Assembly (NCBI GenBank): GCA_013151215.1
Contig: JAADIS010000129.1
Location: forward strand, 571 to 64,570
Length of the DNA: 64,000 nucleotides
Direction: 5' to 3'
Origin: Chlorobiota bacterium
Lineage (GTDB): Bacteria; Bacteroidota; Bacteroidia; Bacteroidales; F082
Made by a program: the position numbers and the translations under genes. Within the stretch, counting starts at the first letter, position 1; each line of letters starts with the position of its first letter. The notes beneath the pieces are model-generated. The model was not told where the DNA came from. It made no database searches and was given only the letters and a program-made list of their open reading frames with translations. Positions 7,629-19,300 of the stretch are shown piece by piece.

Positions 7629-9414
7629 TGTCCAAGATCCTCAGTTGAAGGCTTGTTTTTCCTTGCCAAGTGTTTTCCTCGATATGATAGCAGATGCTAA
7701 ACGGGCCGGATTGTTTTATTTTATCGTAATATTGACCGAGGTTAAAGCCTATGGCCGAAACGGGGTTTCCCCTTTTTGTTGTTTGAACAACTGAGAACTT
7801 CAGATGTTTTTGCCCGTTTTTACCCACAACCTTCGCCCATCCCGTATCAACAACGTTGTTCGACTTGAAAACCGGCGACATATTCCCCGGGCCGAAGGGG
7901 GCAAATTGTTTTAGGATATTAAAAAACTTCGTGTTTATATCCGATATGTCAAGTTCTTCATCTATTGTGATTTCAGGGGTCATCATCTCCTCGTCGAGGT
8001 TTTCCCCTGCGTATTTTTCAAAATTCGAGATAAACAGTTCCAGTTTTTCCGGCTTAAGGGCCAGTCCTGCGGCATAAGTGTGCCCGCCGAAATGCTCAAG
8101 TATCCCGCTGGAGTTGTCGATGGCGTCATAAATATCGAAACCTTTTATGGAGCGTGCCGACCCGGTGATAAACTCTCCTGATTTCGTGAACACTATTGTA
8201 GGCTTATAAAACTTTTCTATAAGCCTCGAGGCAACTATTCCAATAACCCCTTTATGCCATTCGGGATTAAAAACCACGGTGGTCTTCTTGTCGCTGTTTA
8301 TCAGGTTTTTCTCGATTTGGTCGATGGCCTCCTTGGTGATGTTTGTGTCCAGGTCGCGGCGCGTTGAGTTAAGCTGGTTTATTTGGGCGCCTAATTTCTC
8401 GGCATATTCGGTATTTGTACTTATCAGCAAGCGAACGGAGTTGGTCGCGTTTTCTATACGGCCGGCGGCATTAATCCTGGGCCCCAGCGAAAACACCAGG
8501 TCGTTTATGGTTATTTCTTTATTAAAAAAGTACTCGGGCTCATTCTCCGTCGAGGGCAATATCCCGGCTGATTTAAAAAGAGAACATATTCCGTTAGTGG
8601 GGTTAGTATTTATTTTTTTTAAACCATAATATGCCAGTACCCTGTTTTCACCTACTATGGGGACTATGTCGGCAGCAATGCTAACAGCCACCAAATCAAT
8701 TAAATCAAATACTTTTTTGTCGGGCAATTTATTTTTTTGGGCTACTGCCTGGGCTAGTTTGAAGCCGACGCCGCAGCCCGACAATTCCTCAAAAGGATAG
8801 TTGCAGTCTTCTTGTTTGGCATCTAAAACAGCAATGGCGTCCGGAATACTGTCGCCTGGCCTATGGTGGTCGCAAATAATAAAATCAACATCAATTTTGT
8901 TTGCGTACTCAACCTTGTCAACGGCTTTTATCCCACAGTCGAGGGCTATCATAAGTTTTGCGCCCACGCTTTTGGCATAATCAATACCTTTGAACGAAAT
9001 ACCATAACCCTCATTATATCTGTCGGGAATATAAAACTCGATATTTTTATAAAACGATTTCAGGAAGCTGTAAACCAGGGAAACCGCTGTTGTGCCGTCA
9101 ACATCATAATCGCCGTAAACCATAATTTTCTCACCTTTCACGACAGCTTCATTAATCCTGTCAACGGCTTTGTCCATATCCTTCATCAGAAACGGGTCGT
9201 GAAGGTGTTCTAGCTTGGGCCTGAAAAACTGCTTTGCCTGCTCAAAAGTACTAACTCCCCGATAAAACAAAAGCGTTCCTAATTTGGGATTGATGTTAAG
9301 TTCTTTAGATAAGCTCTTAACACTCTCTGTATCTGCATTTTTATGTAATATCCATCGCTTATCCATCAGGGGAGAGTTTAATGTGTAAAGATAGTTATTA
9401 ATATTTTGCATCAA
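7588..9414 (-). CDS. recJ: Single-stranded-DNA-specific exonuclease RecJ
   Basis: 608 aa with the DHH-family motifs VYGDYDVDGTTA, ALDCG and ICDHHRP, plus the DHHA1 GGH motif (EHFGGHTYAAG). The start could also be Met17 (9366). Its 3' end overlaps the convergent hdeD-like gene by 41 nt. Confidence 0.92.
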   Translation of the reverse strand: MMQNINNYLYTLNSPLMDKRWILHKNADTESVKSLSKELNINPKLGTLLFYRGVSTFEQAKQFFRPKLEHLHDPFLMKDMDKAVDRINEAVVKGEKIMVYGDYDVDGTTAVSLVYSFLKSFYKNIEFYIPDRYNEGYGISFKGIDYAKSVGAKLMIALDCGIKAVDKVEYANKIDVDFIICDHHRPGDSIPDAIAVLDAKQEDCNYPFEELSGCGVGFKLAQAVAQKNKLPDKKVFDLIDLVAVSIAADIVPIVGENRVLAYYGLKKINTNPTNGICSLFKSAGILPSTENEPEYFFNKEITINDLVFSLGPRINAAGRIENATNSVRLLISTNTEYAEKLGAQINQLNSTRRDLDTNITKEAIDQIEKNLINSDKKTTVVFNPEWHKGVIGIVASRLIEKFYKPTIVFTKSGEFITGSARSIKGFDIYDAIDNSSGILEHFGGHTYAAGLALKPEKLELFISNFEKYAGENLDEEMMTPEITIDEELDISDINTKFFNILKQFAPFGPGNMSPVFKSNNVVDTGWAKVVGKNGQKHLKFSVVQTTKRGNPVSAIGFNLGQYYDKIKQSGPFSICYHIEENTWQGKTSLQLRILDIKFPSPDQEDQGS

Positions 9415-9531
9415 ACATTAAAATCGGACTGAATGCCTATTTAAGGCAAATAGCATGCATAATGTTTGTAATCAAACAATTGCGAACAAGATAAAATAGC
9501 GATGAAACCAATAAGGTTTTCCGGGGCCCAG

Positions 9532-10773
9532 TCAGAAGCTCGACCTCATGGCCTCAACCGGGTCAAGGCGCGAGGCCTTATACGAAGGGATAAAGCCCGA
9601 CACCAATCCTATAAGAGCCGACACGACAACGCCCAAGAATATATTTCCGAAGGTGAGCGTAAGCTCAAAATTCAATATCGACTCGGAGAACAAGGTAAGA
9701 ATGTAAACTATCGTCAAGCCTACAACGCCCCCCATCAACGAAAGGAAAACCGCCTCGAACAAAAACTGCAACAATATGAAATAGTTTTTCGCACCAAGTG
9801 ATTTTTGAATCCCAATTTGGTTAGTGCGTTCTTTAACGGAAACAAACATGATATTGGCAATTCCAAAGCCTCCAACAAGCAAAGAAAAAGCACCAATAAA
9901 CCATCCTACCATTGCAATAACGCCAAACAGCTGGTCGAAGCCCTTGGATATAATATCGGTTTCGTTTATGGCAAAGCTATCATCGGCTCTTGGGGGTAAT
10001 TTTCTTATGGAGCGCATAATGCCAACAAGCTCATCTTTCATCTGTTCGTTCGAGATCCCCTTTTTTGCCATTACAACTATTGTCGAACTTATTTTCCTAA
10101 GGTCGAGAACGCTGCGGCCATAATTGATCGGGATAAAAATCCTGTTGTCCTTGGAGTCGCCAAAAACGCTTTCGCCTTCTTTTTTCGTAACGCCTATAAT
10201 ATCCAGTTTTCTTCCAAAAACCTTGATTTTCCTGCCTATGGGATCAATACCCTGAAACAGCTGGTCAGCAATATCTGTCCCTATAATGGCAACATTGTTT
10301 CCGCGATGCGATTCAACGGGGGTAAAATACCTCCCCGCATCCAGGTCGAACGGCATTATCTTATTATAATCCTGTGATATCGAAACTATTGGGATGTCCT
10401 GCATTTCGTTGTTCTTATAGTAAACGTTTCTGCTTACACCGAGCATGAAGGCAGCCTCTTCGATTGTGGAACTGCGTTTTAAGATCTCCTCCATTTCGCC
10501 TACTTTGGGCTCGGGGCGATTATAATACTTCCACCAAGGGTAATTGCCCCCCATCGCCCATGGCCATTTTTGAATAAACAACACATTGCTGCCCAAGGAG
10601 TTGATTTCCGATTTAATGGTATTTTCCAAACTATCGAAAACGGTGAAGACCGATATTATTGAAAATATACCGATTGTTATCCCAAGCAAGGACAAAAACG
10701 TACGTACTTTATTAACAACCAATGCGTTTATGGCAAACAAAAAACTTTCGAATAGTAGTTTTAAGACGATCAT
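9532..10773 (-). CDS. ABC transporter permease, MacB/FtsX-like
   Basis: 413 aa. It has an N-terminal TM segment (RTFLSLLGITIGIFSII), a large periplasmic MacB-type domain and a C-terminal FtsX 3-TM bundle (KSLGAKNYFILLQFLFEAV...PSYKASRLDPVEAMR). No ATPase partner gene lies in the window. Confidence 0.85.
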   Translation of the reverse strand: MIVLKLLFESFLFAINALVVNKVRTFLSLLGITIGIFSIISVFTVFDSLENTIKSEINSLGSNVLFIQKWPWAMGGNYPWWKYYNRPEPKVGEMEEILKRSSTIEEAAFMLGVSRNVYYKNNEMQDIPIVSISQDYNKIMPFDLDAGRYFTPVESHRGNNVAIIGTDIADQLFQGIDPIGRKIKVFGRKLDIIGVTKKEGESVFGDSKDNRIFIPINYGRSVLDLRKISSTIVVMAKKGISNEQMKDELVGIMRSIRKLPPRADDSFAINETDIISKGFDQLFGVIAMVGWFIGAFSLLVGGFGIANIMFVSVKERTNQIGIQKSLGAKNYFILLQFLFEAVFLSLMGGVVGLTIVYILTLFSESILNFELTLTFGNIFLGVVVSALIGLVSGFIPSYKASRLDPVEAMRSSF

Positions 10774-10905
10774 TTTGACAGATTTTACTGAATGAATTCA
10801 ATCATATAAAATAATAGGTAAAAGTATAACAAGTTTTAATTAATTCATGTTATTTTGCAAAAGGCTTTTCGCAAAGTATGCAGAATTAAAAAAAACGAAG
10901 TTATC

Positions 10906-12423
10906 ATGGCAAAAAAAATCACAACAGCATTAATATCAGTTTATTATAAGGACGGCCTGAAGAACGTTTTGGAAAAACTCAAACAACGGGATGTTGAGGT
11001 GTACTCCACCGGCGGTACATATAAGTACATTACCGAAAACGGATACAGTGCAAAAACCATCGAATCGCTGACTACATATCCTTCCATACTTGGCGGGCGC
11101 GTCAAAACCCTTCACCCCAAAGTTTTTGGAGGTATTTTGGCCCGCAGGGAGAACAATAGCGACCTGGAACAGCTGGACGAATACGCAATCCCACAGTTCG
11201 ACCTTGTAATAGTTGATCTTTATCCTTTTGAGGAAACTGTGGCAAATACCGCTAACGAGAGCGATATAACCGAAAAAATTGATATCGGGGGAATAAGCCT
11301 TATCAGGGCGGCCGCAAAAAACCATAAAGACGTCCTGGTTGTTTCATCATCGGGAATGTATGGCGAGCTGATCAGCTTGCTCGACAAAAACAATGGCGAA
11401 ACAGAAATTGACGACAGAAAATATTTCGCCGCCCAGGCTTTTAATATAAGCTCGCATTACGACACTGCTATTTTCAATTGGATGAATACCGGTGGCATTG
11501 AAGCCTTCAAGTATAGCAGTATGCGGTCGAATGTCCTCCGCTATGGTGAGAACCCCCATCAAAAAGGTGAGTTTTATGGCGATATGGATAAGGTTTTCAG
11601 GCAGTTGCACGGCAAGGCTATTTCATATAACAACCTATTGGATTTGGATGCTGCCATCAACCTGATAAACGATTTCGACGAGACCACTTTTGCCGTCATC
11701 AAGCATAATAACGCCTGCGGTCTGGCCTCGCGCGAAAAACTGATCGATGCCTGGAGCGATGCCCTGGCCGGCGACCCGGTTTCTGCCTTTGGAGGCGTTC
11801 TTGCCACCAACAGGAACATAGATGCCGAAACGGCTAAGGAAATAAACAAGATATTTTTTGAGATAATAATAGCACCTTCCTATGATGACGATGCCTTGGA
11901 GGTTTTAAAATCGAAGAAAAACAGGATCATCCTCCTTAAAAACTCTTATGATTTTTCGAATAAGCTATTTCGCTCAGCCATAAACGGGGTTTTGGTCCAG
12001 GACAAGGATTTAAAAACCGAAACAGTATCCGATTTGCGCCAAATTACCAAAGCCAAGCCATCGGAAAAGGAAATTGAGGATTTGTTGTTTGCCAACAAAC
12101 TTGTGAAGCACACTAAGTCGAACACCATTGTTTTGGCAAAAAACAAACAGCTTATAGGATCGGGGACAGGACAGACCTCAAGGGTGGATGCCCTGCGCCA
12201 TGCTATCGAAAAAGCGAGGAGCTTTGGGTTTGAGCTTGAAGGTGCGGTTATGTCGTCGGATGCTTTCTTTCCTTTTGCCGACTCCGTGGAAATTGCCAAC
12301 AAAGTGGGCATCAAGGCTGTAATACAGCCTGGCGGCTCTATTCGCGACAAAGATTCGGTTGAATACTGCGACAAAAACGGAATGAGCATGGTGTTTACCG
12401 GCATACGTCATTTTAAGCATTGA
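10906..12423 (+). CDS. purH: Bifunctional AICAR transformylase / IMP cyclohydrolase
   Basis: The ORF opens at TTG 10855, and ATG 10906 (MAKKITTALISVYYKDGL) fits the PurH N-terminus. It carries the blocks GGRVKTLHPKVFGGIL, IDIGGISLIRAAAKNH, YGENPHQ and FTGIRHFKH. Confidence 0.95.
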   Translation: MAKKITTALISVYYKDGLKNVLEKLKQRDVEVYSTGGTYKYITENGYSAKTIESLTTYPSILGGRVKTLHPKVFGGILARRENNSDLEQLDEYAIPQFDLVIVDLYPFEETVANTANESDITEKIDIGGISLIRAAAKNHKDVLVVSSSGMYGELISLLDKNNGETEIDDRKYFAAQAFNISSHYDTAIFNWMNTGGIEAFKYSSMRSNVLRYGENPHQKGEFYGDMDKVFRQLHGKAISYNNLLDLDAAINLINDFDETTFAVIKHNNACGLASREKLIDAWSDALAGDPVSAFGGVLATNRNIDAETAKEINKIFFEIIIAPSYDDDALEVLKSKKNRIILLKNSYDFSNKLFRSAINGVLVQDKDLKTETVSDLRQITKAKPSEKEIEDLLFANKLVKHTKSNTIVLAKNKQLIGSGTGQTSRVDALRHAIEKARSFGFELEGAVMSSDAFFPFADSVEIANKVGIKAVIQPGGSIRDKDSVEYCDKNGMSMVFTGIRHFKH

Positions 12424-12429
12424 TTTTTC

Positions 12430-12437
12430 TATATTTG
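12430..12437 (+). promoter_or_regulatory. Bacteroidota -7 promoter box (TAnnTTTG) upstream of mreB
   Basis: tatatttg lies 92 nt upstream of the mreB ATG. Confidence 0.3.
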
Positions 12438-12528
12438 TACGATCGGTTTGTTGTTGTCGTCGATCACCTGCAACAATCACAATTTTGTATGAATTCATAA
12501 TAAATAGCAGCAGGACTGCAATCAGAAT

Positions 12529-13551
12529 ATGGGATTTTTTTCATTTTTAAGCAAAGAAATAGCTATTGACCTGGGCACGGCCAATACGATTATTATTTTT
12601 AACGACAAAGTTGTTGTCGATGAGCCTTCTATAGTTGCCCTTGAAAGAAATACCGGCAAAATCATAGCCATTGGCAAAAAGGCTCAGATGATGCATGGTA
12701 AAACACATGAGAACATAAAAACCATAAGACCGTTACGAGATGGCGTTATCGCCGATTTTCAGTCGGCAGAGTTTATGATTCGGGAGATGATCAAGATGAT
12801 AGGGTTGAAAAACTCGCTTTTCCCACCTGCCTTAAAGATGGTTATTTGCATCCCTTCCGGCATTACCGGTGTTGAGGAAAGAGCCGTAAAAGATTCGGCG
12901 GAGCAAGCCGGCGCCAAAGAAATAAGGCTTATACACGAACCTATGGCAGCAGCAATTGGTATCGGGATAGATGTTTTGGAGCCTACCGGGAATATGGTCA
13001 TCGACATAGGTGGCGGAACCAGCGAAATCGCGGTCATCGCCTTGGGCGGGATCGTAAACAACACATCCATCAGGATAGCCGGCGACGACTTCAATGCCGA
13101 TATAGAAGAATATATGCGCAAGGAGCATAATATAAACATCGGCGAGCGCACGGCCGAGAGAATAAAGATAGAGGTGGGTGCAGCCATCGACGAGCTCGAC
13201 AACCCCCCCGACGAATATGAGGTCCTGGGCAGGGACATGCTTACGGGCATCCCAAAAGGGATCAAGGTCAACTATACTGAAATCGCACAATGTCTCGATA
13301 AATCAATTTCTAAGATCGAGGCTGCCGTTTTGAACGCCCTGGAAAACACGCCCCCCGAGCTTTCGGCCGATATTTACCGCACAGGGATTTATCTGGCTGG
13401 CGGAGGGTCAATGCTCCGCGGCCTCGACAAACGCCTTCATTTAAAGACAAAGCTGTCGGTGCACGTTGCCGAGGACCCTTTGCGCGCAGTAGCCAGGGGA
13501 ACGGGTATCGCGCTGAAAAACTTTGATAAGTTCACTTTCTTGATCAAATAA
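12529..13551 (+). CDS. mreB: Rod shape-determining protein MreB
   Basis: 340 aa with actin-fold motifs IDLGTANT, VIDIGGGTSEIAVI and YLAGGGSMLRGLDK. Confidence 0.96.
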   Translation: MGFFSFLSKEIAIDLGTANTIIIFNDKVVVDEPSIVALERNTGKIIAIGKKAQMMHGKTHENIKTIRPLRDGVIADFQSAEFMIREMIKMIGLKNSLFPPALKMVICIPSGITGVEERAVKDSAEQAGAKEIRLIHEPMAAAIGIGIDVLEPTGNMVIDIGGGTSEIAVIALGGIVNNTSIRIAGDDFNADIEEYMRKEHNINIGERTAERIKIEVGAAIDELDNPPDEYEVLGRDMLTGIPKGIKVNYTEIAQCLDKSISKIEAAVLNALENTPPELSADIYRTGIYLAGGGSMLRGLDKRLHLKTKLSVHVAEDPLRAVARGTGIALKNFDKFTFLIK

Positions 13552-13569
13552 ATAATACTTTGAAAACCG

Positions 13570-14385
13570 ATGCGGAACTTGTTCATTTTCTTGTGGGATA
13601 ATCGGTTTTTTACGCTTTTCCTGATTCTGGAAACAATTTCCGTCGGCTTGCTTTCCACTTCATATTCCTATCAGCGCTCCTTAAGTTATAGCCTCACTAA
13701 CGATATTAGCGGCAGCTTGTTGAAAACCTATTCCGACCTTAGCGATTATTTCTATCTGAAAGAAGAAAACAAGCAACTCTTGGAAGACAACGCCAACTTG
13801 CGAAATCAAGTAGCGGGCTCGTTTTTGGCAACTGATACGTCCACAGTTTACCTCGACACTCTTTATCGCTTTCTCCCGGCAAGGATTATCAGCATTACCA
13901 ACAAAATGCAAATGAACCGGATTATTATCGATAAGGGCAAGATACACGGAATCAAAAAGGAAATGGGGGTTATTGGCAAAGATGGCATTGTTGGAATTGT
14001 TATCGGCGTTTCCGATCATTATTCAACCCTTATGTCGGCTTTGAGCCGAAATGCTAATTTCTCCGCAATGATAAAACAAAACGGGCAGCTTGTTAACGTC
14101 AGCTGGCCGGGAGACAATTATTTATATGGCGAAATAAATGATATTCCGTCGCACATCCAGCTTCTGGAGGGTGATACCATAGTCAGCAGCGGCAACTCGA
14201 TAATCTTCCCCAAAGGAATTATAATAGGGTATGTTGTTGAGCACCAAAAAAGGGAAGACAAGGATTTGAGCAAGGCCAAAATCCGGTTTTCGGTCGATTT
14301 CAACAAATTGCATCATGTTTATATTGTTAAAAACCTTATGAAACACGAATTGGATTCCCTGATAATGCAAACCTATAATGAATAA
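13570..14385 (+). CDS. mreC: Rod shape-determining protein MreC
   Basis: 271 aa with an N-terminal TM segment, a coiled coil (LKEENKQLLEDNANLRNQ) and a beta-rich C-terminal domain. It sits between mreB and mreD. Confidence 0.88.
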   Translation: MRNLFIFLWDNRFFTLFLILETISVGLLSTSYSYQRSLSYSLTNDISGSLLKTYSDLSDYFYLKEENKQLLEDNANLRNQVAGSFLATDTSTVYLDTLYRFLPARIISITNKMQMNRIIIDKGKIHGIKKEMGVIGKDGIVGIVIGVSDHYSTLMSALSRNANFSAMIKQNGQLVNVSWPGDNYLYGEINDIPSHIQLLEGDTIVSSGNSIIFPKGIIIGYVVEHQKREDKDLSKAKIRFSVDFNKLHHVYIVKNLMKHELDSLIMQTYNE

Positions 14386-14887
14386 TATCGTTGTTAAAAA
14401 TATCGTCCGATTCCTGCTGCTTGTGCTGGTTCAGGTGTTTATACTCAATAAACTAAATTTATTCGGGTATTTGAGCCCCTTTGTTTATGTGCTGTTCATC
14501 CTTTTGCTTCCCTTTAGGACCAATAAGCTTTTATTGCTGGTCCTGGCTTTCTTGATCGGATTAACTATTGATGTTTTCGGCGACACACCGGGCTTGCACG
14601 CATCAGCAACGGTGCTGATGGCCTTTATCCGTCCTTCCGTAATATCGGTTTTTTTTGGAAGAATAGAATTTACCCAAAAGGAAGCCCCCGATATTAAAAA
14701 GCTTGGCTTCATTGGTTTTGGCAAATATGCGTTCGTATTGGTAATGGTTCATCATTTTAGCTTGTATTTCATGGAGGCCTTAAGTTTTTCAAGGTTTTTC
14801 GATACGCTAAAAACAACATTTCTAAGCACTTTGCTGTCAATGGTATTGATATATATTATTGTTTTCCTGTTTTCCCGGAAAAAATAG
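14378..14887 (+). CDS. mreD: Rod shape-determining protein MreD
   Basis: 169 aa, polytopic membrane protein. It overlaps mreC by 8 nt and occupies the canonical mreBCD position. Confidence 0.8.
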   Translation: MNNIVVKNIVRFLLLVLVQVFILNKLNLFGYLSPFVYVLFILLLPFRTNKLLLLVLAFLIGLTIDVFGDTPGLHASATVLMAFIRPSVISVFFGRIEFTQKEAPDIKKLGFIGFGKYAFVLVMVHHFSLYFMEALSFSRFFDTLKTTFLSTLLSMVLIYIIVFLFSRKK

Positions 14888-14961
14888 TTTTATCGTTTTT
14901 TTAAGAATTAATCAACTTAAGCGGCTTATTTTAATTAGGTTTGCAAAAAAATGAATCGAAT

Positions 14962-16074
14962 ATGAATAAATTATCATTATTATTATTAGGCTTGCTGATA
15001 GGCATAATTGTGGTTTCGTGTCAGCAAAAAGAAACATTCAACTTTAAGGTGAATGCTACAATAACCGGCATAGGCGACAAAATGGTCTATTTGCAACAAA
15101 GGAAAAACGGGGATTGGGTAAAGCTCGATTCCGTTGCTTTTGTGAACGACAAAGGTGTTTTTCAAGAAAATATAGGTCTTCCCGAATTCTTTTATCTATC
15201 AGTAAAAGGCGATCGTGCCTATGTCCCGTTTTTTGGTGAACAAGGGGAAATAAACATCAGCACCAGTGTCAACAACATGAGGGACGTGAAAGTTGAAGGC
15301 TCCAAGACCCACGACGAATACGATGCGTTTATGGGCACGCTAGCAAAATTCGACGAACAGGCATCACAGCTGGGTCAGCGTTATCAGCAGGCAAAGAGCG
15401 AAGGCAAAGAGGAAGAATTATCAAAAATAGAAGATGAGTATAATGACGTGGAAAAGCAAAAAAGCCAAAGCATGCTTGATTATGCCACATCGAACAACGA
15501 AAGCATAGTGGGTCCTTTTATTATTATGAGCAATTCGTATTTATTCGACCTGGACCAGCTTGACAAAGTTACCAATGGTTTCTCGGATAAGATTGCCGAA
15601 TCGTATTACGTAAATTATTTAAAGGACAGGGTGGCCACATTGAAAAGGGTTGCCGTTGGCCAAAAATTCGTTGATTTTACCTTAAACGACGTTGACGGAA
15701 ACCCGGTATCCCTTTCCTCAAAAATAAACGGAAATTATGTTTTGGTCGATTTCTGGGCTTCTTGGTGCGCTCCTTGTCGTGCCGAAAACCCCAATGTCGT
15801 GAAGGCATACAATAAATATCACGATAAGGGATTTGATGTTTTTGGCGTTTCTTTCGATAAGGATCATGATAAATGGGTTAAGGCCATTGAAGACGACAAC
15901 CTTGGCTGGACTCATGTTTCCGACCTGAAATATTGGTCTTCGGAGGCAGGTAAGCTCTATGGCGTTCAGTCGATACCTCATAACCTCCTTATCAACCCCG
16001 AAGGAATCATCGTCGAGAAAAACCTCCGTGGCGAGGATCTACAGAAAAAACTTGAGGGGATTTATGCGGATTAA
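14962..16074 (+). CDS. TlpA-like thiol:disulfide oxidoreductase lipoprotein (N-terminal DUF4369-like domain + thioredoxin fold)
   Basis: ATG 14962 gives MNKLSLLLLGLLIGIIVVSC, a lipobox. The C-terminal half carries VLVDFWASWCAPCRAENP (CxxC) and GVQSIPHNLLINPEG. Confidence 0.85.
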   Translation: MNKLSLLLLGLLIGIIVVSCQQKETFNFKVNATITGIGDKMVYLQQRKNGDWVKLDSVAFVNDKGVFQENIGLPEFFYLSVKGDRAYVPFFGEQGEINISTSVNNMRDVKVEGSKTHDEYDAFMGTLAKFDEQASQLGQRYQQAKSEGKEEELSKIEDEYNDVEKQKSQSMLDYATSNNESIVGPFIIMSNSYLFDLDQLDKVTNGFSDKIAESYYVNYLKDRVATLKRVAVGQKFVDFTLNDVDGNPVSLSSKINGNYVLVDFWASWCAPCRAENPNVVKAYNKYHDKGFDVFGVSFDKDHDKWVKAIEDDNLGWTHVSDLKYWSSEAGKLYGVQSIPHNLLINPEGIIVEKNLRGEDLQKKLEGIYAD

Positions 16075-16103
16075 GAAATATCGCTGATTAGAAGCATAAA
16101 AAG

Positions 16104-16137
16104 GCCTATGCCGATTAATTGGCATGGGCTTTTTTTA
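16104..16137 (+). terminator. Rho-independent terminator
   Basis: Stem gcctatgcc/ggcatgggc (9 bp including one G-U pair), 8-nt loop, then T7. Confidence 0.75.
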
Positions 16138-16270
16138 TTTGTGCAAATATTCATGATACTGCTGCCAAGCTACGGTTGGCATAATACAAAACGGTTCAGG
16201 GCTTTTAGCGGAAATTGCGACTTTGCCCCGGCCTGGCCCACCATTTCTTGCAAAATCTAATTTGATATCA

Positions 16271-16278
16271 TATATTTG
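16271..16278 (+). promoter_or_regulatory. Bacteroidota -7 promoter box (TAnnTTTG)
   Basis: tatatttg lies 32 nt upstream of the ATG at 16311. Confidence 0.35.
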
Positions 16279-16310
16279 CTTAAAATAATACAAGCAATTA
16301 ATTTATCAAT

Positions 16311-19300
16311 ATGAACGTCATGAAATCTACTGTATTAAAAGTTTTAGCCATTGCAGCAATTTTTATTGCCTTGCAAACAAATGTTTTTTCTCAGCCCTGG
16401 GCCGAATCGCTTCCTGCCGACAGGGAATCAAAAGCAAAGCTCACGCTATTCGACTATCAAAAAGCATTCAACGATTATTGGGCGCCATATAATGTGGACA
16501 AGGGTTATTATTATGTTGATGGGGAAAAGCTTAAGGCCGGTGGATGGAAACAGTTCAAAAGATGGGAATGGTTTTGGACAAGAAGGGTTGACCCGCAAAC
16601 GGGTGCTTTCCCCAAACGTTCGGCCATGGAGGTTTATAATGATTATCTGAAGGAAAACCCCGGTCAAAGGAGCACATCAGGAAACTGGTCTAGCATGGGG
16701 CCAACATCGTCCACGGGTGGTTATGCGGGCATCGGAAGAATAAACTGTGTCGGCTTCCATCCTACCGACAACAACAAATTTTTTATAGGGGCGGCAGCCG
16801 GCGGGATTTGGGAAACCACCGACGGCGGCACTACATGGACCGCAATAGGCGACGACAATTCCTCGCTCGGTGTCAGCGACATTATTGTTATCGACGGCAC
16901 GCCCGACGACATAATTTATTTGGCCACAGGCGACAGGGATCATTCAGATGCATATTCCGTTGGTGTGTTAAAATCAACGGATGGAGGAGCTACATGGAAC
17001 ACAACAGGCCTAAGCTGGACACAAAGTCAGGGATTTATTATAAACAGGCTTATTATGGATCCAAATAACAATAGTGTTTTGTACGCCGCCACCAACGGGG
17101 GAGTATATAAGACCACCAACGACGGAACTTCATGGAGCCAGGTTACGACAGAGATATTCAAGGACTTGGAGTTTAATGCAGGAAATAGCGCAATGCTCTA
17201 TGGGTCAACAAACTGGGGCGAAATTTATCGTTCTACGAACTCAGGCTCCTCATGGACGATGGTTTACAGCCAGAGCGCAGGCAGGAACACCCGTATAGCA
17301 GTTACTGACGACAATACTTCGGTGGTTTATGTCCTTATGTCGAGTTCCTCGAACGGTTTGCATGGAGTTTTTAAGTCAACCGATAGTGGCGCCACGTTTT
17401 CCCAGGTTTTCAGCGGGGGCACTACCAACCTGCTGGATTGGGCTTGTGATGGTTCGGGAAGCGGTGGTCAGGGCTGGTACGACCTCTGTATCGCCGTCGA
17501 TCCCAACGATGCTGATAATTTGTTCGTCGGGGGCGTAAACACTTGGGAATCGGCAGATGGCGGTTCTACCTGGGACATCAGCAATCATTGGTCAGGAACA
17601 TGTGGCGGGCTGGCAACAACAGTTCATGCCGACAAGCATTATCTTGAATATCAGAACTCATCGTCAAATCTCTTTGAATGCAATGACGGGGGGATATATA
17701 AAACCACAGACGGCGGAAACTCCTGGACTGATATTAGCAATAGCCTGGTAATAAGCCAGATGTACAGAATAGGCCTGGCACAAACCGTTTCCGACGATGT
17801 TGTTTGCGGGCTTCAGGACAATGGAACCAAAAGCCACGAAACTTCAGGTTGGAATGATGTTATTGGTGGCGACGGCATGGATTGTGCCATAGACCCAACG
17901 GACGAAAACACTCAATATGGTGAATTATATTATGGCAATATAAAGAAAACCACCGACCACTGGAGTACTTATTACACTATTTCGGACAACATCCCCGGCA
18001 GCGGGGCCTGGGTTACTCCTTATGTTATCGATCCCAACGACAACCAAACGCTTTTTGTTGGCTATGCCGATGTTTGGAAATCAACGAACCAGGGAACAAG
18101 CTGGACCAAGATAAGCAATTGGGGAGGATCGAATCTGCAATCGATGGCCGTTGCGCCTTCCAACTCCAGTTATATTTATACCGCAACATATTCCACTATT
18201 TATAAAACTACCGATGGCGGTGCTTCATGGACTGACATCTCATCGGGCTTGCCGGTCTTTAGCAATAACATTTCCAATATAAGCGTAAAAGACGATGACC
18301 CGAACACGGTTTGGGTCTCCATAAGCGGGTTTAATTCCGATGGTGTCTATAAAACCGCGAACGGGGGATCTTCTTGGACAAACATCTCGACCGGGCTACC
18401 GCTGCTTCCGGTTAACTGGGTTGTGCAAAACAGGCAGAACACAAGCGAAGAGGAATTATATGCCGCTACGGATGTGGGCGTTTATGTTAAGGTAGGATCG
18501 GCCAACTGGACGATATTCTCGACAGGCCTGCCGAACGTAGTTGTCAACGAACTTGAGATTTATTATGACGACGCTACAACTACCAACAGCATGATCAGGG
18601 CCGGGACCTTTGGCAGGGGGTTGTGGGAGTCGGACTTATATACCCCGCTCAACCCGCCTGTTGCCGATTTTGTTGCTGACAATACAATACCGACAACAGC
18701 TGATACGGTTCACTTTACCGATCTATCAACAAATAGCCCGACATCTTGGTCGTGGGTAATTACGCCCAACACCTTTGCTTTCATACAAGGAACCGATTCC
18801 GCTTCACAAAACCCGATTGCTGTTTTTAACGTTCCTGGTTTTTATACCGTCGAACTAACAGCAACAAATGCCGGTGGTAGTTCTACCGAAACAAAAGTGG
18901 ATTATATTAATTGCAGCCAGGCGGCCCCGGTTGCGGATTTTGAGGCCGACAACACCACTCCCTCGACCATCGACACGGTTTATTTTACCGATTTGTCGGT
19001 CAACGACCCTAGCTCGTGGCTTTGGGCCTTCGACCCGAATACGGTTACTTATCAATATGGTGATGACCAAAACTCCCAAAACCCAAGAGTGATCTTCGAT
19101 GCTCCCGGATTTTATACGGTTACGCTTACGGCAACAAACGCCGGGGGAAGCGACGACGAGATGAAAATAGATTATATAGATGTAAGCCAGGCGGCACCGC
19201 TTGCCGATTTTGAGGCCGACAACTTGACGCCATCGGTAAATATGGATGTGAGCTTCACCGACCTGTCGGACAACGATCCGGATACGTGGTTTTGGGAATT

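Noticed and set aside
10855-10905. Upstream alternative-start extensions in the ORF track, seen for purH (10855) and also at 14941, 24363, 28409, 29648, 34701, 41540, 44506, 56090, 57655 and 60351.
   Set aside because: The extensions add non-conserved residues ahead of canonical N-termini or signal peptides, and several overlap candidate -7 promoter boxes. Internal ATG starts were used instead.
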